Positions 40,119 through 46,986 of a DNA stretch of 64,000 nt are shown one piece after another. The DNA is from an uncultured Methylomirabilota bacterium. GTDB taxonomy: Bacteria; Methylomirabilota; Methylomirabilia; Methylomirabilales; 2-02-FULL-66-22. Both the position numbers and the translations under genes were made by a program. Each line of letters begins with the position of its first letter. Position 1 is the first letter of the stretch. Under the pieces are notes generated by a model. The model made no database searches and was not told where the DNA came from. It saw only the letters and a program-made list of their open reading frames with translations. Where the stretch lies: positions 192,001 through 256,000 of the forward strand of contig OY970067.1 in assembly GCA_963705305.1 (NCBI GenBank), in the 5' to 3' direction.

Positions 40119-40817
40119 TCAATGAATCCAGGCCACCCGGAATGGTTTCTGCCAGTCGTACTGAACTACCGGAACCACCCGAGAGAGACCAGCAGCTTCA
40201 ATAAGAAGTTTGTAGTCCTTCAAAAGGCGCTCCAAAAGATCGAGACACGCGTCAAGATCTCCGTAGGTCGGCAAGTGCCGCATTGGGTGCATACTGCGGT
40301 GCGCCACATGCCTGTTCACAAAGCGTCGCAGCTTTCTTTCTGCCGCAAGGAGTTCGCGCTCGTGTTTGCGAACTACAGCAGGATTGATTTGGTCCGTACC
40401 CCTTTTTGCATAGTGCTCAAAGGATCGATTCCCCAACGTCCGCATCCGTCCCGAGCGATAGAGGCCAACATAGCGGCGCCGGCTAATTACCTCGGGATGG
40501 TCTCTGACGTCCTGGATTAGCCTGAGTAGTGAAATTGAGCGGCTGTCTTTGTCCGTCTGTCGCCTGATGGCGACCGCCATGTCAGCCACGTACGCGCGGT
40601 TCATCCAACTGTAGAAGACGCTGGGCACCTGAAGTTCGGGATTGGAGGCAATCATTGCCTGGACTTCCCGGTACACGTGGCGGTCGAGCGCCATCTCGAC
40701 AATCTCGTCATAGATGCACCGAAGCCAGCGCTTCCAGCGCAGATATACGCTGCGCCGTCTGGATGCAGACGTGATCGCCTGAGGCTTCGGGGGGGCCTTT
40801 TTCCTCTTCCTGCTCAT
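40119..40817 (-). CDS. hypothetical protein, AbiU2/HEPN-like
   Basis: helical; I.R..D...S.SL..L and C-terminal NRHVAH (RxxxxH-like); family call tentative. Confidence 0.6.
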   Translation of the reverse strand: MSRKRKKAPPKPQAITSASRRRSVYLRWKRWLRCIYDEIVEMALDRHVYREVQAMIASNPELQVPSVFYSWMNRAYVADMAVAIRRQTDKDSRSISLLRLIQDVRDHPEVISRRRYVGLYRSGRMRTLGNRSFEHYAKRGTDQINPAVVRKHERELLAAERKLRRFVNRHVAHRSMHPMRHLPTYGDLDACLDLLERLLKDYKLLIEAAGLSRVVPVVQYDWQKPFRVAWIH

Positions 40818-40955
40818 GCTGACCTCGTCTGGCTGCGGCGGACCCGAACGATTAGATCAGAACTCCTTTGGGCGACCGGTGGCCGTTCGATTTGACCGTC
40901 CGCTGGCGTATGGCACCCACTACCTAGCCCTTGTTTAAGGGGACGCGTATTTGAT

Positions 40956-41200
40956 GGGGGACGTTGCCACTTTCGTCACGTTGCCGCAAGCATCATGCAT
41001 CGCTGGGCGCGTGCCATCCTCCCAGGTTCCCGTTCCTACAAAAACACAACAACCCCATAGGATCCCAAGATCCGCCGGGGACTGTCGGGTTCGCACGCCA
41101 GGAGCTTTCCGGTCGGCATCTTCGCCTCCTTCAGGCCGCCTAGCTGGTGTCTGAATTCATTCGGGCAAGACGCTACCTCTCACCGGAGGGGGAAGGCAAG
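40956..41200 (-). repeat. array element type A, copy 3
   Basis: end gggggacgttgccactttcgtc; conserved core; minus TTGCCT-18-TAGCGT; 3' hairpin followed by TTGTGTTTTT. Confidence 0.88.
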
Positions 41201-41211
41201 GGAAAAATACA

Positions 41212-41454
41212 GAGGACGGGGGACCGGAGACGGGAGACAGAGGTCAGGAGTCAGAGGTCGGGGGTCGGGGGTCAGCCAAGGAATGACTACGGACCACGGA
41301 CCTGGGACAGGGGACCGAGGACCGGAGACGAGGGAGGGGAGACGGCCAGAGGATGACCACAGACTACTGACTACTGACCACGGGCCAGAGAGGGGAAAGG
41401 GCCTCCAGCCAGGAGAGGGACCAAACAGGGGGACGTACGCAATTTATTCAACTT
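41212..41454. repeat. heptamer-rich tract followed by an isolated element end (gggggacgtacgcaatttattcaactt, 41428-41454)
   Basis: TCAGAGG/TCGGGGG/ACTGACT units; end motif matches 31956. Confidence 0.65.
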
Positions 41455-41562
41455 ACGTGGAGGCTACCATGAAAATCCATCATGGCATGTTCGATTTTCA
41501 TGGTACGTTTCGATCAATCCCCCGGTTGTTGACGACAGGCCGAATTGGGTGGATTCCAGCGC

Positions 41563-41799
41563 CTAGGCCGCATCCAGGGTGTAAACGGGCACCTCCGCGA
41601 CACGGCTGGGGGTCGGCTCGGACGCCAGCAGGGCCTCAATGCGCTTCACCGTCTCTGCCGAGAACGTCTCCTCCCCGCACTGCCTGCACACTAGCGCCGG
41701 CACCTGCTCAATCGAGACGAGCTTTCCGTGAACGTCGGCGGTGAAGGTCACCCGCCTGGAATCCTCGGTTCCTCCGCATACCGGACACCTACTATCCAT
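41563..41799 (-). CDS. YgiT/MqsA-type zinc-finger protein (putative antitoxin)
   Basis: CPVCGG...VPALVCRQCGE..FS.E. Confidence 0.85.
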   Translation of the reverse strand: MDSRCPVCGGTEDSRRVTFTADVHGKLVSIEQVPALVCRQCGEETFSAETVKRIEALLASEPTPSRVAEVPVYTLDAA

Positions 41800-42130
41800 T
41801 ATCAATCCTCCGGCTCCGCCAGTTCGACCACTCATGCGGATCGGGCTCGTAGACTGTTACAATCCGCGTCCGGGCGAGCGCAATCTGGATGTGGAGCGGC
41901 CGGCCCGTTTCAGTAAAACCCAACAACAAGAGGCTTGGACCGTACTTATCTTGGAGGTACTCCTCGACAACTTCCGCATTGGCAATCGCCTGCTCGATTT
42001 CGTCCGTCCGGATTCCCTGCCGAAGCATGCGACCTACCGCATGCCGAGAGATCTCGTAGCGGCCCGAGCGGAAAGCAGCGCGAATCGCCTCCAGCTGTTC
42101 CCGGCTTTCGTCAGGCACAATTGGAATCAT
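41792..42130 (-). CDS. DUF4258 protein (putative toxin)
   Basis: SRHA..RM...I, EEY..DKYGPS.LLLG....RPLH, VTVYEPD..W; overlaps the partner gene. Confidence 0.85.
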   Translation of the reverse strand: MIPIVPDESREQLEAIRAAFRSGRYEISRHAVGRMLRQGIRTDEIEQAIANAEVVEEYLQDKYGPSLLLLGFTETGRPLHIQIALARTRIVTVYEPDPHEWSNWRSRRIDNG

Positions 42131-42204
42131 ACCAAAAACGGGCGAGGCGGTCCAATCCCCGGCGGACACAGAACGGAATGGAGGCAGGGAGAACGGAAGG
42201 AGAT

Positions 42205-43728
42205 CTACAGCCGGGAGAGGGCGTGGGATTCCAGGTCGACGCGGATGTACCTGGCCAGCAGGGGCTGGACGCGCTCCAGCTCACGGAAGACGTCCTGGGC
42301 GATCTGCCGGTACGAGGGGTGGCCCTGCTTGCCCGAGCGCAGCTCGACGAAGTGGTAGATCTCGCGCAGGTTCCAGGTGAACAGGACCCGCTTCCGGAAG
42401 GCCAGGGGCAGGACGTACTGGGCCTCGCGCGGGAAGCCGGACGCGATCGTCCGGTAGGCCGACTCGGCGCGCGCCATGCACTCGTCGTAGGGGGCCGTGA
42501 GGCCGTAGCGGGCGATCTCGGGCGGCGTGCTGTAGCCGTGCAGGTCGGTGGACTCCTGCGGGATCTGGGTGGCCATGCGGTGCCGCTGGATGTCCCGGAA
42601 GGCTCCGAAGTCCACCAGGATGTCGAAGGTGTAGGTGAGGTGCTCCAGCGCCCGCAGGGGCGCGTCGTGCGGCCCCCGCCGCGCCAGGTACTCCTCGACG
42701 ACCTTCTCCCGCGCCTCCCCGCCCATCGCCGCCGCCCGCGCCTGCACCTGGCGGAAGGGAAGATGGCCGTAGCCGTACAGGATCGCGGCCGCGAGCTGCA
42801 CCTCGGCGTCCTCGGGATACCGGACCAGCGACACGGCCGGCGCCTCCGCGGGGGCGGTCCCCGCGAGCTCCGCGGCGGCCAAGCGTTCCATCGCCTCCGC
42901 CGTCTCGGCCAGGTAGGAACTCTTGTCGGCGTACTTGATCAGGGTGGGAATGACCTGCTGCGCCTCGGTCTTCAGCCGGGCGCCTACCTCCTGCGCCTCG
43001 GCCAGGGGGTGGGAGAGGAGCTTCACGATCAGGTGCTCGAGGAGGCGCCCGTTGATCGTCATCCCGATGTTGGTCAGGGTGGCCGCGGGCAGGACGTAGC
43101 GCAGGATGTCGCAGCTCTTGGCCCGGCAGGCCGCCTCGTGGGCCCGCTCGCTCTGCCCCGCCTCGCGCGGCACCTCCGCCTTGACGGCGGCCGTCACCTG
43201 CTCGATGAGCCGCGTGTAGGTCTCCAGCAGGAAGGCGCAGGTCTCCCGGAAGAGGGCGCCGTGCCTGGACGCGGTCAGGCGCGGCTCGCGGTAGAACTTG
43301 CCCCGATCGAAGACGACGTAGCGGGTGGATTTTTCGGTGTACGAGGCGAGGCGCGTGTCCTCGATGATCTTGCTGGCTACGATGGAGACGTCCTCGACGG
43401 CCAGGTGGGCCACGGCGTGTTCCGCCACCGAGGCGTGGCCGTAGCCGACGACCCACTTCTCGTGGAACTCCTTGGCCTTCTGCCGGGCCCGGGCCAGCTC
43501 GTCCTGCCCTGTGGCGGCCCAGGTCAGCCGCTCCGCCAGGTCGAGGTCCCGGTCCTGGATCAGCTTCAGGAGATTCCGCCGCAGGCTCTCCCGGCTGCGG
43601 CTGTAATAGGCGAACAGGACGGCCACCACCTCTTCCGGGAGATTCTTCAGGGCGAAGATGGGCCGCTCTACATTTGTCACGTAGGGACGGAGGATCGCCG
43701 TCTCTTCCGGCGTGAAGACCTCGCTCAT
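42205..43728 (-). CDS. thyX: FAD-dependent thymidylate synthase, tandem Thy1-domain form
   Basis: YSRS, GYGHASVAEH, YTEKSTRY, RYVLP; second domain FRDIQRHR...QGHPSYR. Confidence 0.85.
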   Translation of the reverse strand: MSEVFTPEETAILRPYVTNVERPIFALKNLPEEVVAVLFAYYSRSRESLRRNLLKLIQDRDLDLAERLTWAATGQDELARARQKAKEFHEKWVVGYGHASVAEHAVAHLAVEDVSIVASKIIEDTRLASYTEKSTRYVVFDRGKFYREPRLTASRHGALFRETCAFLLETYTRLIEQVTAAVKAEVPREAGQSERAHEAACRAKSCDILRYVLPAATLTNIGMTINGRLLEHLIVKLLSHPLAEAQEVGARLKTEAQQVIPTLIKYADKSSYLAETAEAMERLAAAELAGTAPAEAPAVSLVRYPEDAEVQLAAAILYGYGHLPFRQVQARAAAMGGEAREKVVEEYLARRGPHDAPLRALEHLTYTFDILVDFGAFRDIQRHRMATQIPQESTDLHGYSTPPEIARYGLTAPYDECMARAESAYRTIASGFPREAQYVLPLAFRKRVLFTWNLREIYHFVELRSGKQGHPSYRQIAQDVFRELERVQPLLARYIRVDLESHALSRL

Positions 43729-43782
43729 ACCCCGGCCGCCCTGCGGAGCCCCCCGTCGGCCCCCTCCCGAATCACGGCCGCC

Positions 43783-44214
43783 TCACTCCTCGTCCTCCTC
43801 GCTCTCGACCTCCTCCATCAGATTGAGAAAATCCTGGTACCAGTCGGTCCGGTATTGCAGGAGGAAGGCGATGCCGTCCTTGATCCAGCCCATGCGGATC
43901 TCCCCGACGGCCCCCACGTAGCGCTCGAACTCCCGCAGCTTGGCGCGGTCGCCGTTGGCCGACCCCGGCCCGCTGTGCTCCTCCACCCAGTCCGCCAGAT
44001 CGTGGAGGTCGTCGGGCTCCAGGCCGGCCCGGCCCACGAAGAGCGTCCGGACGCCCTCCGTCTTGGCGATGCCCAGGAAATCCGGCCAGTTGTCGGGATC
44101 CCCCTGCCACCAGACCTCCGGCATCTCCTCCCCGATGTAGCCGGGAAAGACCAGAAATCCCTGCCGGTCGGCGGCCGCCGCGATCTCGTCGAAAAGTGCC
44201 GTAAGATCCGTCAT
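43783..44214 (-). CDS. hypothetical acidic protein
   Basis: GC3-biased ORF in operon between the nuclease gene and thyX. Confidence 0.65.
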   Translation of the reverse strand: MTDLTALFDEIAAAADRQGFLVFPGYIGEEMPEVWWQGDPDNWPDFLGIAKTEGVRTLFVGRAGLEPDDLHDLADWVEEHSGPGSANGDRAKLREFERYVGAVGEIRMGWIKDGIAFLLQYRTDWYQDFLNLMEEVESEEDEE

Positions 44215-44272
44215 CTGTCCCACCTGTCGGTTCCCTCCCCTGGTGACCAGCACAGCCCCTCGGGCCGTCGCC

Positions 44273-44815
44273 TCACGCGTCCCACGCCACGTACACCGTC
44301 ATCTCGCGGCCCTGCGAGGGCACCTTGACAAAGCCCTCGCGCCGGCCATAGACCACGATCTTCCGCAGGATCTCCACATCCATCCGGCAGTAGTCCACCA
44401 CTCGCTGCCGCAGGGCGGGGTCGCCGGATCTCCACCACTTCACCGCATCCAGCCCCGAGCCCGTCTTCCCCTGCCCCAGAGTCGCCTGGGCCAGGGCCTG
44501 GAGGCTCACGCGAAAGCCCAGGCGTCGCTTCAGATCCTGCAGCAGGTCCAGGCTTTTGGTCTTGAGCTCGCGGACATCGCCGTAGGCCGAGAGCACCTCC
44601 AGGTCGAAGCGCAGCCCGTTGAAGGTCACGATGCGGTCAAAGGTCCGCAGCTCGCCGATCAGCCGGCCGGCGTCGGCCTCGTACCAGTCGCGGAAATCGC
44701 TCGCCTCGTCCCAGGTCACGGCCACGGTCAGGCCGAACGCTCGGATGTTGTCCCAGCCGCCGGACACCTCTTCGGCCAGTCGCTGCGTCTCCACGTCGAG
44801 AAAGATCTCGGCCAC
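44273..44815 (-). CDS. stand-alone RNase H-like (YprB/MrfB-type, DEDD) exonuclease domain protein
   Basis: FLDVETQR, FNGLRFD, SL..LAQATLG, YCRMDV. Confidence 0.85.
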   Translation of the reverse strand: MAEIFLDVETQRLAEEVSGGWDNIRAFGLTVAVTWDEASDFRDWYEADAGRLIGELRTFDRIVTFNGLRFDLEVLSAYGDVRELKTKSLDLLQDLKRRLGFRVSLQALAQATLGQGKTGSGLDAVKWWRSGDPALRQRVVDYCRMDVEILRKIVVYGRREGFVKVPSQGREMTVYVAWDA

Positions 44816-44899
44816 GGCTCACCTGCCGGTGGAGCGTTATCTACACATCCTATTACGCTCTCGGCGGGAAGGGCAAGGGGAATTGAGAGGCGGGGCGAG

Positions 44900-45175
44900 G
44901 GGGCGCTGGGGAGCTCCGGAATTCGAAATTGGAGAACACGTATCTCACGCAAAGCACGCAAAGGTCGCAAAGAAAAGCCGAATAGGAAGGTGGATTACAG
45001 GACCACTGACCAGTGACTACTGACCCCCGCCTACTGCATACTGGAAATGGCGATCTTTGCGTGAGATCAGGCTCGGATTTTTCCTCACGCCAAGACGCAA
45101 AGGGCGCAAAGTAGAAAAGGGGCAAATGGAGGGAAACGGGGAAACGAGTCAATTCGAAGTTCGAAATTGAAAGGA
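44900..45175 (+). repeat. composite intergenic repeat (CGCAAAG, ACTGACC and TTCGAAA modules), copy 1
   Basis: direct copy at 59331-59504; inverted, permuted copy at 49051-49229. Confidence 0.85.
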
Positions 45176-45177
45176 AG

Positions 45178-46986
45178 CTACTCCAGCAATTCCTCCCCGG
45201 CGATGATGTCTTCGGCGGCCAGGGTGCTGAGGAGGTAGTGGCGCACCCGGTAGGTCAGGTGATCGTCCTTCTCCAGGCTGCCCGGTTTCAGCACCAGACC
45301 GTAGCAGTTCTTGGCCTGGTCCCGGCCGATGAGGCCGCGGGCCAGATCCTCTTCCAGGCGCATGAGCGAGCGCTGGAAGCCCATGCTCCAGCCGCCGCCC
45401 CCGCCGCTCGCCAGGGTCAGGCGGTGCCCGGCCCGCAGGCCGCACGAGATGCGCGCAGGCCCGACCTCTTCCCGCGTCCCCTCCTCCGGCGACCACAGCG
45501 CGAGGCGGGCCTCGGCCCCCCGCATCCCGCCGCGCAGCCCCATGGCCCGCCCGGGCAGCAGTACGTCCGCCTCCGCCCGTCCTTCCAAGAGCGTCAGCTC
45601 CAGCAGCGCGCCCAGGCCGCCCCGGTACTGGCCCGGGCCAGCCGAATCCGGCCGCAGCTCGAGGCGCGAGATCCGCACCGGCACGGCCCGCTCGATCTCC
45701 TCCACGGGACGGACGCGCAGCGGGGAGAACGACGGAGCCGCGTGGCTCAACCCGTCGCCGAAGACCGAGGCCCCCAACCCCCCGCCCAGCCCCAGCCGGA
45801 TGCGGTAGCGGCTGCCGTCGGCCCGCTCGCCGCGGAGGTCCAGCAGGCAGCAGCCTGCGTCCGGCGCCTGCGAGAGCTGGGCCAGCGTGTCGGCGAAGGC
45901 GGCCCGGACAGCCTCGGCCACGGCCTGCGCCGCCCCCTGGCGTGTCCGCTCGGGCGCGCCCTCTCCGGCCTCGTCTCCCCAGCCGATCTCGATGGAGAGC
46001 GCCTCGGCCACGCCCCCCAGCACGCTCTGGGCCGGCGACTCCGCCGCCAGGATCCGCCGGAAGGCCGCGCGGACCGCTGCCCGCGCCGCGGCCGGCGTGA
46101 GATCCGGCCCCCGGCCCTCCGCGATGTGCTCGACGGCCACGCGGGCCTGGTCGGCCTCGCGCCAGATCCGGACGGCGAAGGGGGCCACGCGGCCCTGGAT
46201 GCTCTCCACCTCCAGCCGGTCCAGCAACTTCTGCAGGCCCCGCCGGCAGCCATCCTCCAGCGCCGACCGGATGGCCGCCACAACCCCCGGCCCGAAGCGA
46301 ACCAGCATCTCTTCCATCACCGCCCGCCCCTGATGCAGGGCGTGGAGCTGCGCCGACAGATCCTCCAGCAGCTCTTCGGGCCGCTCCGCATTGGCGGCCA
46401 GGACCTCCAGAATCTCGGGCCGGACGGCGCCGTTGCGGCCGACGCACGTCCAGGGAAGGACCAGCCCCTCGCGCCGCAGGCTCGGAGCGGGCCCCAGGCT
46501 GGATCGCCCCAGGGCCGGATGGCTCGCCGACAGCACCGCGAAACAGACCGCCGAGCCCTCCCGGACGATCGGGACCGCCAGCAGCAGGTCCTCCAGCCCG
46601 GCGACCGCCGCGCGCGGGTCGTTCGTCCAGTAGATGGCGCCGGCGGCCAGGGCCCGGCCCTCCGCCGCCTCCCGGCGGATCAGATGTCCCAGGGCCTCTC
46701 CCGCGGCCTCCAAGAGCAGGGGGTGGCTCTCTCGGCCCCCGATGAGCACCGATCCCGTCGGCCCGTAGAAGCCGGCCGCCGTCCCGCCGGATCGCGCGAT
46801 CCCCGTAGAGACCGCCGCCCTCCGCAGCGTGGCGTCCATCGCCGCCGCGGCCTCCTCCAGCTGCTGGCGCACGGCCAGCAGGATGCCCGGCGTCAGCCCT
46901 CCCATGGGGGCCTCGGAGAGCGGGACCGGCTCTGCCGGATGCTCGGCGGGGATCTCCCCCTCGCCGCGGATGTCCATGAGCGTCAC
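45178..46986 (-). CDS. hydantoinase B/oxoprolinase family protein (divergent)
   Basis: TNDP, EG...P, VE..E...PV....LRPDSAGPGQYRGGLG, SGGGGGW; GTGA overlap with the upstream gene. Confidence 0.8.
   Translation of the reverse strand: MTLMDIRGEGEIPAEHPAEPVPLSEAPMGGLTPGILLAVRQQLEEAAAAMDATLRRAAVSTGIARSGGTAAGFYGPTGSVLIGGRESHPLLLEAAGEALGHLIRREAAEGRALAAGAIYWTNDPRAAVAGLEDLLLAVPIVREGSAVCFAVLSASHPALGRSSLGPAPSLRREGLVLPWTCVGRNGAVRPEILEVLAANAERPEELLEDLSAQLHALHQGRAVMEEMLVRFGPGVVAAIRSALEDGCRRGLQKLLDRLEVESIQGRVAPFAVRIWREADQARVAVEHIAEGRGPDLTPAAARAAVRAAFRRILAAESPAQSVLGGVAEALSIEIGWGDEAGEGAPERTRQGAAQAVAEAVRAAFADTLAQLSQAPDAGCCLLDLRGERADGSRYRIRLGLGGGLGASVFGDGLSHAAPSFSPLRVRPVEEIERAVPVRISRLELRPDSAGPGQYRGGLGALLELTLLEGRAEADVLLPGRAMGLRGGMRGAEARLALWSPEEGTREEVGPARISCGLRAGHRLTLASGGGGGWSMGFQRSLMRLEEDLARGLIGRDQAKNCYGLVLKPGSLEKDDHLTYRVRHYLLSTLAAEDIIAGEELLE

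Noticed and set aside
30421..41454. CRISPR array or plain integron as explanation for the repeats
   Set aside because: Repeats are 200-300 bp and separated by whole genes, and there are no cas genes; there is only one convincing attC and no integrase.
41935..44328. Long antisense or alternate-frame ORFs (also 9055-11226, 12336-14195, 45238-47031, 56414-58009, 59729-61447)
   Set aside because: Shadow ORFs of recognisable genes, expected at high GC.
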